Positions 19,245-29,780 of a DNA stretch of 64,000 nucleotides are shown in pieces (the stretch's first letter is position 1; each line of letters begins with the position of its first letter). This DNA comes from Alphaproteobacteria bacterium (GTDB lineage Bacteria > Pseudomonadota > Alphaproteobacteria > SHVZ01): contig JBGALV010000001.1 of NCBI GenBank assembly GCA_044223515.1, positions 74,864 to 138,863 of the forward strand, in the 5' to 3' direction. Made by a program: the position numbers and the translations under genes. The notes beneath the pieces were generated by a model. That model was not told the DNA's origin. It did not search any database and was given only the letters and a program-made list of their open reading frames with translations.

Positions 19245-19616
19245 TTAACGGGAGTCGCTTCCTTGAGCCAGCCAGCGCCGCATGGCCTGGGCGGCGAGGT
19301 CGGGGTGGCGCTGCAGCAGCTCCGCCAGCCGCCTGGTCGAGGCCGCGTTGATCCTGCCCTCGATACGCCGGACGTTGATCACCGCATCCAGCATGTCCTC
19401 CGGCTGCTCCTTGCGGACGGACACCGGCGCTCTGGGATCGATGCGCGGCGCCGCGAGAGGCCCGCTGGCGGGCGGCAGTGCAGGGCGGGGCGTACCCGGA
19501 GCCGGCGGCGTGCCATGGGCGGCATTCAGTTGCAGCGCACGGACGAGCATCGACTTCGCCAGCATGGCGACGGCGAGGACCACGATCCCGGCGAAGAACG
19601 ATTTGAGAAAGGCCAC
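19245..19616 (-). CDS. hypothetical protein with N-terminal TM helix and Pro-rich linker (123 aa)
   Basis: It fits tightly in the operon (11 bp after the kinase gene). Codon usage is consistent. Confidence 0.45.
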   Translation of the reverse strand: MAFLKSFFAGIVVLAVAMLAKSMLVRALQLNAAHGTPPAPGTPRPALPPASGPLAAPRIDPRAPVSVRKEQPEDMLDAVINVRRIEGRINAASTRRLAELLQRHPDLAAQAMRRWLAQGSDSR

Positions 19617-19626
19617 GCCGGCAGCC

Positions 19627-20526
19627 TTAAGCCGCCTGACCCCTGGCCGCCAGGCGGGCAGCGGCCTCGACCGGCGGCTGGGTCACATGGCGGAGCGTGG
19701 CGTCGCGCGGTAGCGACGCGCGGAAATGCGAGAAGATCAGCGGGCTCGCCCGGGACGCACCACCGGCCAGCGTGACCGGCTGCTCACGCCCGAGCCGCTG
19801 TATCAGCACGCGGGCGAGCCTGGCGAGTTCCTCGCCGGCCGAGCTCAGGATCGCGGTCGCGATCGAGTCGTCGCGGGCGGCGGCCTTGGCGACGGCCGGA
19901 GTCAGGGCGGCAACGGCCGCCCGTCCCCCGCCATAGACGTGGCGGCGGACATGTTCCCAGTCGAGGGCGCCGAGGGCATGTCCGAGCTCCTGGCCGAGCG
20001 CGCCGGGATCGCGGCCTTCGTCCTGGGCGCGCACCAGAGCGGTCAGCGCCCGCCGGCCGATCCAGTAGCCTCCGCCGGCGTCGTCGATCAAATAGCCGTG
20101 TCCGCCGGCGCGCTCGGTCCTGCCGTCGGGGGCCAGGTGGAAGGCGACCGAGCCGGTACCGGCATAGACCAGGATCCCTTCGCCCGGCTCGAAGGCCGAG
20201 CGGTAGGCGATCCGCATGTCGTCGACGACCTGGACCGCGCCCGGGGCGAGCCGGAAGGCGCTGGCGAGCCAACCGGCCATCAGCTCGGCGGTCTCGGACC
20301 CGGTCGAGAGCCCGGTGATTCCGGCGCAGATGCGGTCAGGCTTGCCGGCGGCCTCGACCTGGATCAGCAGCTCGGTGATCGCCGCTTGGGCCGCGGCGCG
20401 CGCGGCGGAATCGAAGACGTGCCCGGTCAGCGGGCCCAGCGTGCCTTCGCCGAGGATCCGCCCGCTTTCGTGCTCCAGCCGCCAGCGGGCGCCGGTGCCG
20501 CCGCCATCGAGACCGAGTCCGATCAT
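19627..20526 (-). CDS. BadF/BadG/BcrA/BcrD-type ATPase (N-acetylglucosamine/N-acetylmannosamine kinase-like)
   Basis: The MIGLGLDGGGTGAR N-terminal phosphate-1 motif and the length of 299 aa are typical of eukaryotic-type GlcNAc kinases. Confidence 0.7.
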   Translation of the reverse strand: MIGLGLDGGGTGARWRLEHESGRILGEGTLGPLTGHVFDSAARAAAQAAITELLIQVEAAGKPDRICAGITGLSTGSETAELMAGWLASAFRLAPGAVQVVDDMRIAYRSAFEPGEGILVYAGTGSVAFHLAPDGRTERAGGHGYLIDDAGGGYWIGRRALTALVRAQDEGRDPGALGQELGHALGALDWEHVRRHVYGGGRAAVAALTPAVAKAAARDDSIATAILSSAGEELARLARVLIQRLGREQPVTLAGGASRASPLIFSHFRASLPRDATLRHVTQPPVEAAARLAARGQAA

Positions 20527-20539
20527 AAAGCCCAGATTA

Positions 20540-21217
20540 TCAGCGCCCGTTGCCGGGTACAGCCGCGGTGAATCGACGCGTGATCTCGCGCGGATTGGTG
20601 ATGGCGGTGCCGATCACCACGGCCGCGGCGCCGAGCTCGAAGGCGTGGGCGACTTCCTCCGGCGTCCAGAACCGGCCCTCGGCGATCACCGGCAGCCGGA
20701 CATGCTCGAGGACCTGGCGCAGAAGATCGAGGTCCGGGCCGGGCGAGCGGGCTCTGGCGTCGGTATAGCCGGCGAGCGTCGTCGCGATCGCGTCGGCGCC
20801 GTGGCCGAGCGCGCTCATCGCCGTCTCCAGCGTGTCGACGTCGGCCAGCACCGGCTTCTTCAGGTCCGTATGGATGCAGCGGATCAGGTCGGCGACCGGC
20901 TCGCCGGCGCGCGGCCTGGACGTCGCGTCGATCGCGATCATGTCGGCGCCGGCCTCGGCGACGGCGCGGGCGGCTTCCACGCTCGGCGTGATCGCGACAG
21001 GATGGTCGTCGTAGATCTTGTTGATGCCGATGATCGGCAGCCGCGTCACGGCGCGGATGGCGCGGACGTTCTCGGGGCCGTTGGCGCGGATCGCCCCGGC
21101 GCCGCCGGCCTCGGCCGCCTGTGCCATCGCCGCCATGAAAACGTCGCCGTGCAGCGGATTGTCGACGCGGGCCTGGCAGGAGACCACGAGCGTGGGAGTC
21201 GGGAAGGGAAGCGTCAT
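20540..21217 (-). CDS. nanE: N-acetylmannosamine-6-phosphate 2-epimerase
   Basis: A 225-aa protein with the NanE-like TIM barrel (...LIVSCQA..., ...IAIDAT...). Confidence 0.8.
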   Translation of the reverse strand: MTLPFPTPTLVVSCQARVDNPLHGDVFMAAMAQAAEAGGAGAIRANGPENVRAIRAVTRLPIIGINKIYDDHPVAITPSVEAARAVAEAGADMIAIDATSRPRAGEPVADLIRCIHTDLKKPVLADVDTLETAMSALGHGADAIATTLAGYTDARARSPGPDLDLLRQVLEHVRLPVIAEGRFWTPEEVAHAFELGAAAVVIGTAITNPREITRRFTAAVPGNGR

Positions 21218-22038
21218 CCCTTCACCGCGCCCGAGGTCAAGCCGGCGATGAACTGCCGCGAGAGGGCGATGTAGACCAGGGTCAGGGGTAGGGCCGACAG
21301 GGTCAGGCCGGCGAACAGCACGCCCCAGTCGGTGGAGTATTCACCCATGAACACGGTCAGCCCCTGCGGCAGCGTCTTGGCATGATCCGACTGGATCAGA
21401 ACAAGCGGGAAGAAGAAGTCGTTCCAGATGGGCACCGCGTTGTGAATGCCGGCGATGACCAGGGCGGGGCGCGAGAGGGGGATCATGATCCGCCCGAGGA
21501 TCAAGGCCTCGCTGGCGCCATCGATCCGGGCGGCCTCCTCGAGCTCGGCCGGGATGGTCTTGAGGAACCCGGTCATGATGAAAACGGTCGAGGGCAGCCC
21601 CATCGCCGCATAGACCAGGATCAGGCCGAGCCGGCTGTCGATCAGGTCGAGGGTCTTGAGCTCGATGAACAAAGGGATGATCGCGAGCTTGAGCGGCACC
21701 ATCAGCCCGGCGAGGAAGAAAAGGTAGATCGCCTCGTTGCCGCGGAAGGCGTATCGCGCGAGCGCGTAGGCGGCGAGCGTGCCTGAGGCCAGCATCAGCG
21801 CGATCGAGGCGACGGTCACCAGGACCGAGTTCCCGAGATAGGCGATGAAGCGCGTCTCGCGCCAGATGGTCTCGATGTTGGCGAGGTTCCAGGCCGACGG
21901 CAGCGCGAAGGGCGAGGCGTAGATCTCCGCCGTCGGCTTGAACGCTGAGAGCACCATCACCAGCACCGGATAGAGCATCAGCAGCGTCGTCATCGCGAGC
22001 ACCGCTTGATACATCGCCGCTTGCCAGGATTTGAGCAT
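21214..22038 (-). CDS. carbohydrate ABC transporter permease (MalG/UgpE-like)
   Basis: It starts MLKSWQAAMY at 22038, with an ATGA overlap with the upstream permease. It has the EAA-loop (...AARIDGAS...). Confidence 0.85.
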   Translation of the reverse strand: MLKSWQAAMYQAVLAMTTLLMLYPVLVMVLSAFKPTAEIYASPFALPSAWNLANIETIWRETRFIAYLGNSVLVTVASIALMLASGTLAAYALARYAFRGNEAIYLFFLAGLMVPLKLAIIPLFIELKTLDLIDSRLGLILVYAAMGLPSTVFIMTGFLKTIPAELEEAARIDGASEALILGRIMIPLSRPALVIAGIHNAVPIWNDFFFPLVLIQSDHAKTLPQGLTVFMGEYSTDWGVLFAGLTLSALPLTLVYIALSRQFIAGLTSGAVKG

Positions 22039-22952
22039 CAGACGTCGATCTCGCGGCGGCGGAGCACCCGGATCCACCAGGCCGAGATCGCGAGGATGAA
22101 GAGGAAGATCAGCACCGCGAGCGCGCTGCCGCGGCCGAAGTCCTGCAGCGCCGAGGACACGGTACCGAAGGCGGTCCGGTAGAAGTAGAGGCCGAGCACG
22201 TCGGTCGTGTGGAACGGCGGGCCTTCGAGCCCGGACATGATGTAGGGCAGCTCGAACCAGTTGAACGAGCCGATGAAGGTCAGGATCACGACGATCGTCG
22301 TCGCCGGCGCCACCAGCGGCCAGACGACCTTGGTCAGCCGCTTCCATTCGCCGGCGCCGTCGATCTCGGCCGCTTCGAGGATCTCGCGCGGGATTCGCTG
22401 GATGCCGGCGAGGTAGACCAGCGTCGGGAAGCCGACCCAGTGCCAGGCATTCACCAGGATCAGCGATGCCAGGGCCGTCGACGGCTGGCCGAGCCATGGC
22501 TGCGCCCATGACGCGAGCCCGACCGCGATCAGCGTTTGGTTCACGAGGCCGAACAGCGGATTGAGGAACAGCTTCCACAGGAAACCGATGATCACGGTCG
22601 AGAGGATCACCGGCAGGAACAGCGACACCTGGTGGAAGCGGTGCAGCCGAAGGCCCTTCGACAGCATCCAGGCGAGGAAGAAGGCCGTGCCGTTCTGCAC
22701 CGCCATCAGCGCCAAGAAGACGATGATGTTATGGAAGAACGCATTCCAGGTGAGCGTGCTGAACGGTTCCTGGAACAGGATCAGGCGGAAGTTATCGAGT
22801 CCGGCGAAGCTGATCCGTGCCAGCCCCTGCCATTTATAGAACGCGTAGACGAACGCCGAGAGGATCGGCAGCGTGACGAAGCCGACGAGCAGCAGCAGCG
22901 CCGGCGCGAGAAGCGCTGCGATCCAAAGCGCGCGGCGAAGGCGAGGGGACAT
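22038..22952 (-). CDS. carbohydrate ABC transporter permease (MalF/UgpA-like)
   Basis: A 304-aa polytopic protein with the EAA motif (EAAEIDGAGEW). Confidence 0.85.
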   Translation of the reverse strand: MSPRLRRALWIAALLAPALLLLVGFVTLPILSAFVYAFYKWQGLARISFAGLDNFRLILFQEPFSTLTWNAFFHNIIVFLALMAVQNGTAFFLAWMLSKGLRLHRFHQVSLFLPVILSTVIIGFLWKLFLNPLFGLVNQTLIAVGLASWAQPWLGQPSTALASLILVNAWHWVGFPTLVYLAGIQRIPREILEAAEIDGAGEWKRLTKVVWPLVAPATTIVVILTFIGSFNWFELPYIMSGLEGPPFHTTDVLGLYFYRTAFGTVSSALQDFGRGSALAVLIFLFILAISAWWIRVLRRREIDV

Positions 22953-23015
22953 CCGGGCGTAGACGAAGCCCGGCCCGCCCCTTGGGAAAGGGGCGAGGCG
23001 GGCTTGCTCAGTCGT

Positions 23016-24239
23016 CTACTTCTTTGTAGTAGGTGGCGCCTTCGTGACCTCGGCGCCCGCCGGTGTCGCCTGGCCGGCCATCATCTTCTGGACGGCGGTC
23101 TGGATCAGCGCCGAGCCGGTCGGCTCCTGGTAGCGGAAGTTGACCAGCATCACGTACGGGGTCGACGAGGCGTTGGCCTTGGCGACCTCGGCGAGCAACC
23201 CGTCCTCGATCTTGACGCCCTTGATCGGCGAGATGTTGCCGAGCTTGTTGGCAAAGAGATCGCCGAAGCGCGGCGACGCGGTGTAGCGGATGAACTTGAT
23301 CGCATCCGCCTTGTGCTCGCTCTTGGCGTTGATGCCGTAGCCGCCGTCGACGAACAGCGAGACCAGCCTGGGCGCGCCCTTGGTCGCGGGCGGCGTTGCC
23401 ATCACGCCGATGTCGAGCTTCGGGTTCTGGCGGCGGAAGTTGGCGATCTCGAACGATCCGGCAGCGATCATCGCGGCGCGGCCCGAGATGAAGAGCTGCT
23501 GCATCGTCGGATAGTCGACGCCGGTGAAGCCTTGCGGGAAGTAGTCCTTGAGCTCGGCGATCTTCGTCATCGCGTCGACGAAGCGCTTGTCCTCGAAGGT
23601 CGCCTTGCCGGCGACCAGGTCGCCGTTGAACTGCGGTCCGTAGATGCTGGGCGCGATCGCGCCCATCAGGATCTCGTTCTGCCAGGCGGTCGCGGTGCCG
23701 TTGGCGAAGGGCTGCACGCCCTTGGCCTTGAGCGCCTTCGACGCGGCGATCAGGTCGTCCCAGGTCTCGGGCACCTGGATGCCGTGCGTCTTGAAGAGAT
23801 CCTTGTTGTAGAGGATCAGCACCGTCTGCGTTGCGAACGGCACGGCGTAGATCTTGCCGTCCTCGCGCATGGTCTCGGCGGCGAGCGTGTCGGCGGGGAT
23901 GTTCTCTAGCTCCGGCACCGTCGCCTTGTCGAGCGCCAGCAGGTATCCGGGCTTAGCGATCGCCTCGATGCCGCCATAGGCGCGGGTCTGCATGATGTCC
24001 GGGCCCTTGCCTCCGGCCAGCGCGGTCGAGAGGATCGTGTTGTAGCTCGTCGGCTCGAAAGCCTCGAACTTGATCTTCACGTCGGGGTGCAGCTTGGTGA
24101 AGTCGGCGATGATCTCCTGATAGGCGGCGCGGTCTTCCTGGCGCCAGCTCCAGAAGGTCAGCTCGGCCGCGACCGCCTGCTGGCCGAGGCCCGCGGCGAG
24201 AAGCACTGCGGCTCCGATCCGCGAGAGTAGGTTCTTCAT
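23016..24239 (-). CDS. carbohydrate ABC transporter substrate-binding protein (family 1)
   Basis: It starts MKNLLSRIGAAVLL at 24239 with a signal peptide. It is about 407 aa and of the SBP_bac_1 type. Confidence 0.85.
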   Translation of the reverse strand: MKNLLSRIGAAVLLAAGLGQQAVAAELTFWSWRQEDRAAYQEIIADFTKLHPDVKIKFEAFEPTSYNTILSTALAGGKGPDIMQTRAYGGIEAIAKPGYLLALDKATVPELENIPADTLAAETMREDGKIYAVPFATQTVLILYNKDLFKTHGIQVPETWDDLIAASKALKAKGVQPFANGTATAWQNEILMGAIAPSIYGPQFNGDLVAGKATFEDKRFVDAMTKIAELKDYFPQGFTGVDYPTMQQLFISGRAAMIAAGSFEIANFRRQNPKLDIGVMATPPATKGAPRLVSLFVDGGYGINAKSEHKADAIKFIRYTASPRFGDLFANKLGNISPIKGVKIEDGLLAEVAKANASSTPYVMLVNFRYQEPTGSALIQTAVQKMMAGQATPAGAEVTKAPPTTKK

Positions 24240-24265
24240 GACGATCCCTCCTTGTTCGTTTCGCT

Positions 24266-25507
24266 TCAGGATGCGGCCCTGAGCCGGGGCGACGCCGCGG
24301 CGGACTGGTCGCGTTCGGACTCGGCGATGTAGTCGCGGGTCAGCGGCACGGTGGCGACGTCGTGGGCGAGCTGCATCTGGAAGACGATGTTGAATCCGTG
24401 GCGGAAACTCAGCTCGCTGCCGACCAGGTAGAATTCCCACATGCGCAGGAACCTGTCGTCGTACAGCTGGCGGATCTCCTCCCGGTTTGCGTACACGTTC
24501 TGACGCCAGGCTTTCAAGGTCTCTGCGTAGTGGAGCCTGAGGATCTCGATGTCGGTGACGATCAGTCCGGTGCGCTCGACGACGGGCAGGACTTCCGACA
24601 GCGCCGGGCTGTAGCCGCCCGGGAAGATGTATTTCCGGATCCAGGGATTGGTGAAGCCCGGCCCGTCGGTGCGGCCGATCGAATGCAGGAGGGCGACGCC
24701 GTCCTTCTCGAGGAGGCTGTCGACCTTGCCGAAGAACTCGGGATAGTGGCGGACGCCGACATGCTCGAACATGCCGACCGAGACGATGCGGTCGAAGCGC
24801 TGGTCGAGCAGCCGGTAGTCCATCAGCTCGAAGCGCACGCGGCCGGCAAGCCCGGCTGTCTCCGCGCGCTCGCGGGCGAGGGCCAGCTGCTCGGTGGACA
24901 GCGTCACGCCGGTGACCTCGACGTCGGCGATCGAGGCGAGGTGGATGGCGAGACCACCCCAGCCCGAGCCGATGTCGAGCACGCGCTGTCCGGGGGCGAG
25001 CCGCAGCTTCGCCGCGACGTGGCGGAGCTTGGCGCGCTGCGCCTCGGCGAGCGATTGGCCGGGATGCTCGAAGTAGGCGCAGGAGTACTGCAGGCTTGGG
25101 TCGAGGAAGAGCTCGAACAGGCGCCGGCTCAGGTCGTAGTGGTGATGGACGTTCGCCTGGGCGCGGCCGACCGGATTGAACTGGGTTAGGCGGCGGATCG
25201 CTCGGTTCAGCCCGTTCACGACCTTGAGCCAGGCGAAGCCATCGAGCCCGGCCTGGTTCGCGGTGCCGAGATCGACCAGGTCGTAGATCGTGGTGCCGTC
25301 CTCGCAGGTCAGCGTGCCGTCCATATAGGATTCGCCGACCTTGAGCCACGGGTTCAGGAAAAGCTGCGTGTGCAGCTTCGCGTCATGGAGGCGGATCACG
25401 GACCTGGGCCCGGTGCCGTCGCCGAAGCGATGCGTCCTGCCGTCGGCGTCGATCATGGTGAGGTCGCCGCGGCGGACGCTGTGGCGCAAGAGCAAGGCGA
25501 AGAGCAT
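24266..25507 (-). CDS. cfa: cyclopropane-fatty-acyl-phospholipid synthase
   Basis: It has the SAM-binding VLDIGSGWGG motif and is 413 aa. Confidence 0.85.
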   Translation of the reverse strand: MLFALLLRHSVRRGDLTMIDADGRTHRFGDGTGPRSVIRLHDAKLHTQLFLNPWLKVGESYMDGTLTCEDGTTIYDLVDLGTANQAGLDGFAWLKVVNGLNRAIRRLTQFNPVGRAQANVHHHYDLSRRLFELFLDPSLQYSCAYFEHPGQSLAEAQRAKLRHVAAKLRLAPGQRVLDIGSGWGGLAIHLASIADVEVTGVTLSTEQLALARERAETAGLAGRVRFELMDYRLLDQRFDRIVSVGMFEHVGVRHYPEFFGKVDSLLEKDGVALLHSIGRTDGPGFTNPWIRKYIFPGGYSPALSEVLPVVERTGLIVTDIEILRLHYAETLKAWRQNVYANREEIRQLYDDRFLRMWEFYLVGSELSFRHGFNIVFQMQLAHDVATVPLTRDYIAESERDQSAAASPRLRAAS

Positions 25508-25555
25508 GGCCTACCTCCTCGGTGGGAGACACAGGCGCGGATCCGAGGGCGTTGC

Positions 25556-26329
25556 CTACGGCGTGAACTGCTCTTTCAGGATCCGGGCTTCGAGGTTGTG
25601 CTCGGGATCAAACAACATGTGGCAGGCGCGGTTCCTGTCCTCAGCGATGGATACGGAGACCACGTCGCGGACTTCGGTCGAGTCGGCGGTCGCGCTGACC
25701 GGCCGCTTGTCAGGATCCAGGATCGTGAACTCGATCTTGGCTTCGTGCGGGACCAGGGCGCCGCGCCAGCGCCGGGGGCGGAAGGCGCAGATCGGCGTCA
25801 TCGCCAGGACGCCCGCACCCAGGGGCACGATCGGCCCGTGGGCCGAGAGATTGTAGGCAGTCGAGCCGGCCGGCGTCGCGACCAGGATGCCGTCGCAGGC
25901 GAGGTCGTTCATCCGCTCGATGCCGTCGACATGGATGCGGACATGGGCGGTCTGCCGGGTCTGGCGAAGCAGCGAGACCTCGTTGATCGCGAGCGCGGTC
26001 CGCGTCCGGCCGCTGCGGGTCTTCGCCTTCATGACCAAGGGTCGGACCTTGACCGTGGAGGCATGCTTCAGCCTGAGGATCAGGTCGTCGTCGTCCTCCC
26101 GGTACTCGTTCATCAGGAAGCCGACCGAGCCGCGGTTGATGCCGAAGATCGGCTTCTTGCGGTCAAGGTGGGTGTGGAGCGTCTCCAGCATCAGCCCGTC
26201 GCCGCCGAGCGCGACGATGATGTCGGCCCTGGCGGCCGGGACCGAGCCGTAACGACGGGCGAGCGCCGCCTTGGCTGAGCGGGCTTCGGGCGTCGGGGCG
26301 GCGGCGAAGTGGAGCCTGGGGCGGTTCAC
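25556..26329 (-). CDS. nadK: NAD kinase
   Basis: It carries the GGDG motif ([11 protein letters not shown]) and the NadK C-terminal domain. A proposed GTG start at 26329 gives a GTGA overlap with the moaA stop. The start is uncertain. Confidence 0.75.
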   Translation of the reverse strand: MNRPRLHFAAAPTPEARSAKAALARRYGSVPAARADIIVALGGDGLMLETLHTHLDRKKPIFGINRGSVGFLMNEYREDDDDLILRLKHASTVKVRPLVMKAKTRSGRTRTALAINEVSLLRQTRQTAHVRIHVDGIERMNDLACDGILVATPAGSTAYNLSAHGPIVPLGAGVLAMTPICAFRPRRWRGALVPHEAKIEFTILDPDKRPVSATADSTEVRDVVSVSIAEDRNRACHMLFDPEHNLEARILKEQFTP

Positions 26330-27318
26330 CCGCCGGTCACGCTCATGTGCCGGGCGACGGCGGGCCCGGTGTGCTGGCGATCGATGACGAAGTCGTGCCC
26401 CTTGGGCTTGCGCGAGATCGCCTCGCGGATCGCGGTCTTGAGCGCTTCGTCGGATTCGCTGGCGCGAAGCGGCGCGCGCAGGTCGGCTGCGTCGTCCTGG
26501 CCCAGGCACATGAAAAGCGTGCCGGTGCAGGTGAGGCGCACGCGATTACAGCTCTCGCAGAAATTATGGGTGAGCGGCGTGATGAAGCCGAGCCTCTGCC
26601 CGGTCTCCTTCACGTGTACGTAGCGGGCGGGCCCGCCGGTCCGGTAGTCGATGTCCTCGAGCGTCCAGTCGCGCTTGAGGCGCGAGCGCACCATGCTGAG
26701 CGGCAGGTACTGGTCGAGGCGTTGCTCGCCGCCGATGTCGCCCATCGGCATGACCTCGATGATGGTCATGTCGTGGCCGTGCTTGCCGCACCAGCCGACC
26801 ATCTCCGAAAGCTCCTCGTCGTTGACGCCGCGAAGCGCCACCGCGTTGATCTTGACCTTGAGCCCGGCCGCCTTCGCCGCCTCGATGCCCTCAAGCACCT
26901 GAGGCAGGCGGCCCCAGCGCGTGATCTCGGCGAACTTCGTCGGGTCGAGCGTGTCGATGGAGACGTTCACGCGCTTCACGCCGCAGGCCGCGAGCTCCTC
27001 GGCATGCTTGGCGAGCTGGCTGCCGTTCGTGGTGACGGTCAGCTCGTCGAGATCGCCGGTCTTCAGATGGCGCGAGAGCGAGCGGAACAGCTGCATGATG
27101 CCGCGGCGGACCAGCGGCTCGCCACCGGTCAGGCGCAGCTTCCTGACGCCGAGGCCGACGAAGGCCGAGCAGAGCCGGTCGAGTTCCTCGAGCGACAGGA
27201 TCTCCGCCTTCGGCAGGAAGGTCATGTCCTCGGCCATGCAGTAGACGCAGCGGAAATCGCAGCGGTCCGTGACCGAGACGCGCAAGTAGCTGATGTGGCG
27301 GCCGAACGGGTCGATCAT
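26326..27318 (-). CDS. moaA: GTP 3',8-cyclase (molybdenum cofactor biosynthesis MoaA)
   Basis: It starts [28 protein letters not shown] at 27318, with the radical-SAM CxxxCxxC motif, and is about 330 aa. Confidence 0.9.
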   Translation of the reverse strand: MIDPFGRHISYLRVSVTDRCDFRCVYCMAEDMTFLPKAEILSLEELDRLCSAFVGLGVRKLRLTGGEPLVRRGIMQLFRSLSRHLKTGDLDELTVTTNGSQLAKHAEELAACGVKRVNVSIDTLDPTKFAEITRWGRLPQVLEGIEAAKAAGLKVKINAVALRGVNDEELSEMVGWCGKHGHDMTIIEVMPMGDIGGEQRLDQYLPLSMVRSRLKRDWTLEDIDYRTGGPARYVHVKETGQRLGFITPLTHNFCESCNRVRLTCTGTLFMCLGQDDAADLRAPLRASESDEALKTAIREAISRKPKGHDFVIDRQHTGPAVARHMSVTGG

Positions 27319-27409
27319 CAACCTTAATTTAGGCTCGCCGGGGCGGAAAATCAGCCACGTTCTTGTCGTGGTCTTGCGCTGGCCGGGAGAGGCCCCCAAT
27401 GTCCGCCTC

Positions 27410-28288
27410 ATGAAGGAATTCGCGATCCGGCCGGATCCGGCTGATCCAAGGCTGACCCAGAAGGTTGCCGCGACCGACGAGGAAGGCCGCCCGGCCGAGC
27501 TCTCGGTGCCGACCGAGCGCCCGCTGACGCTCTATCTGAACAAGCGCGAGATCGTCACCATGATGACGATCGGCGACTATCCCGAATATCTCGCGCTGGG
27601 ATACCTGCTGAACCAGAACATGCTGAAGGCGGGCGATCCGATCGACGGCATCGACTACGACGACGAGATCGAGACCGTGGTCGTGCGCACGCCGGTCGCC
27701 ACCGACTTCGAGACCAAGCTCAGGAAGAAGACGCTGACGTCGGGCTGCGCCCAGGGCACCGCTTTCGGCGACGTGATGGAGACCTTCGATGCCTCGCGCC
27801 TGCCCAGGGACGCGATCCTGAAGACCTCCTGGCTCTATACGCTCAGCCGCAAGATCAACGCGACGCCGAGCCTCTACCTCGAGGCCGGCGCGATCCATGG
27901 CTGCGTGCTCTGCGAGCAGGACCGGCCGCTGGTCTACATGGAGGACGTCGGCCGCCACAACGCGATCGACAAGATCGCCGGCTGGATGGCGATGAACCGC
28001 GTCGCCGGCGGCGACAAGATCTTCTACACGACCGGGCGCCTCACCTCCGAGATGGTGATCAAGTGCGTGCAGATGGGGATCCCGATCCTGATCTCGCGCT
28101 CGGGCTGCACGGCCTGGGGCGTCGACCTGGCGAAGCGCGCCGGGCTCACGATGATCGGCCGTGCCAAGGGAAGGCGCTTCCTGACGCTCTCGGGCGCCGA
28201 AAGGATCGTCTACGACGCCGATGCGCGGGCGGTCGCCGAGGAGGCGAAGCACCTCCGTCGCAAAGGCGCGGAGGAGGACGCGGCTTAA
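27410..28288 (+). CDS. fdhD: formate dehydrogenase accessory sulfurtransferase FdhD
   Basis: It starts MKEFAIRP at 27410 and is divergent from moaA. It has the FdhD-family motif ...GRHNAIDK.... Confidence 0.85.
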   Translation: MKEFAIRPDPADPRLTQKVAATDEEGRPAELSVPTERPLTLYLNKREIVTMMTIGDYPEYLALGYLLNQNMLKAGDPIDGIDYDDEIETVVVRTPVATDFETKLRKKTLTSGCAQGTAFGDVMETFDASRLPRDAILKTSWLYTLSRKINATPSLYLEAGAIHGCVLCEQDRPLVYMEDVGRHNAIDKIAGWMAMNRVAGGDKIFYTTGRLTSEMVIKCVQMGIPILISRSGCTAWGVDLAKRAGLTMIGRAKGRRFLTLSGAERIVYDADARAVAEEAKHLRRKGAEEDAA

Positions 28289-28986
28289 GCCCGATAGGCG
28301 CCGTCGATCAGGCGTGGCGCCCGGTCGGAGCCGTCGAGCTCGGCGGCGATGTCGACATCGCGGATGTAGCCCTCCTGGGCGAGCTCCTGGCCGGACTGGC
28401 TGCCATGCAGCAGGCGCATCAGGTCGGCCTGCGCCGCGCGCCAGGACGTGCGCGCGAACTCGGCCTCGGGCGAGAGCGTCCCCTGGATTTCCTCGACGAT
28501 CGCGCCGACGCCGAGCCAGTCCTCGATCGCGGGCCGGAGGCTGCGGTCGGGCCAGCGCTCGCCGGCGGCGAGCACGCCGATGCGCGGGAAGGCCGAGAGC
28601 GCCTTCGCGACCGCGCGGCGGTTGCGAGGGCAGCCGGCGAAGGTCGCGACCCTGGGCGCGCGCGCGGCGATGGCCGAGAGCGCCGAGCCGTTCGGCGAGG
28701 GCAGCACGATCGTGCCTCCCTCCGGCACGTTCATCAGGCTGAGCGGCGACAGGCTGAGGTCGGTGGGGCCCGCCTCGACGCGCCGTTTGGCGAGCCGGGC
28801 GCCGAGCTGGTTTGCGAGCTTCTCGCCGGTCTCTCCGGTCGGCACCGGGTAGAGGGTGATCTCGCGGTCGGCCGCGACCGTGACGCAGGTCGAGAACGAC
28901 AGCACGTCGACGATGGCGACGGCGTCGCACCAGGTGAGAAGACGGGCGAGACCGAGCTCGCCCCAGTCGACGTCGATGCTGGTCAT
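28285..28986 (-). CDS. 2-phosphosulfolactate phosphatase family protein (ComB-like)
   Basis: A 233-aa protein with ComB family-like conservation. It overlaps the fdhD 3' end by 4 bp in convergent orientation. Confidence 0.7.
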   Translation of the reverse strand: MTSIDVDWGELGLARLLTWCDAVAIVDVLSFSTCVTVAADREITLYPVPTGETGEKLANQLGARLAKRRVEAGPTDLSLSPLSLMNVPEGGTIVLPSPNGSALSAIAARAPRVATFAGCPRNRRAVAKALSAFPRIGVLAAGERWPDRSLRPAIEDWLGVGAIVEEIQGTLSPEAEFARTSWRAAQADLMRLLHGSQSGQELAQEGYIRDVDIAAELDGSDRAPRLIDGAYRA

Positions 28987-28991
28987 CCGGT

Positions 28992-29669
28992 TCAGTAGCC
29001 GAACGTGATGCCGTCTTCGGAGACCCGCAGCAGGAACCGCTGCATGTCGCGGTCGGCGCTGTTGTGCCGGCTCGGGATGTAGCCCGTCAACGCGCCGACA
29101 TCCGGCATAGCCCGCGGCGGATTGCCGGGCTTGCCGCTGCGGTCGAAGCGGGCGAGCTCGAGCGGGAAGTTGAATGGCGTCGAGCCGTCGGGCGGGTAGT
29201 TGAACGCGGCGACGACGAAGCGTCCGTCATGGCAGCCGGCGGAGGTCCAGAAGAAGCGATCGGCGCGAAGATGGCCGACGGGCTTCACCGCCTTGGGCAG
29301 GTCGCCTTCCCAGACGGAGACCAGACGTCTCAGGTCCTCGGGCGCGATCGGCACGGCGCTGGCCGCGCCGTGAAGGAATTCCCCCAGGCTGAAGGTCGTC
29401 ATGTAGCCGATGCCGAGCCGCTCGAAGACGCGTGTCTCAACGGTACCGCCGGCGATGTCGTAGCTGCGCACCTGCTCGGAATAGATCGCGTTGTAGACGA
29501 AGCGCCAGCGTTCCGGCGCGCCGGGGCCGCAGGCGGCGCGGATGTCGGTGCCGGCCATGATGTCGGGCCACTGCAGGGTCCGGCTGATCGGGTTGCCGGA
29601 GATTCCTTGCGCGGCGGCGGCGCCGGCGCAGGCGAGGAGGGCGGTGAGGCCGAGAAGGATGCGTTTCAT
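28992..29669 (-). CDS. secreted hypothetical protein (signal peptide, 225 aa)
   Basis: An N-terminal signal sequence (MKRILLGLTALLACAGAAAAQG). I recognise no domain. Confidence 0.55.
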   Translation of the reverse strand: MKRILLGLTALLACAGAAAAQGISGNPISRTLQWPDIMAGTDIRAACGPGAPERWRFVYNAIYSEQVRSYDIAGGTVETRVFERLGIGYMTTFSLGEFLHGAASAVPIAPEDLRRLVSVWEGDLPKAVKPVGHLRADRFFWTSAGCHDGRFVVAAFNYPPDGSTPFNFPLELARFDRSGKPGNPPRAMPDVGALTGYIPSRHNSADRDMQRFLLRVSEDGITFGY

Positions 29670-29732
29670 CTCGTGAATCCGACGCCCGAAATGTGGCGGC
29701 TTGTTGGTGGCCTTGCCTGAACGGAAACGGGC

Positions 29733-29760
29733 CGCCGGAGAACCGGCGGCCCGTTCCTTG
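29733..29760 (-). terminator. rho-independent-type hairpin after the OmpA-family gene
   Basis: A perfect 10-bp inverted repeat (gggccgccgg agaa ccggcggccc) lies about 20 bp downstream of the stop at 29781. It is followed, on the transcribed strand, by tttccgttc. Confidence 0.5.
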
Positions 29761-29780
29761 GCCGCTATGCCCGGGAAAGG

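Noticed and set aside
28221-28742. A 173-aa Arg-rich ORF on the plus strand.
   Set aside because: It is antisense to the ComB-like gene and out of frame with fdhD. It is a low-complexity translation.
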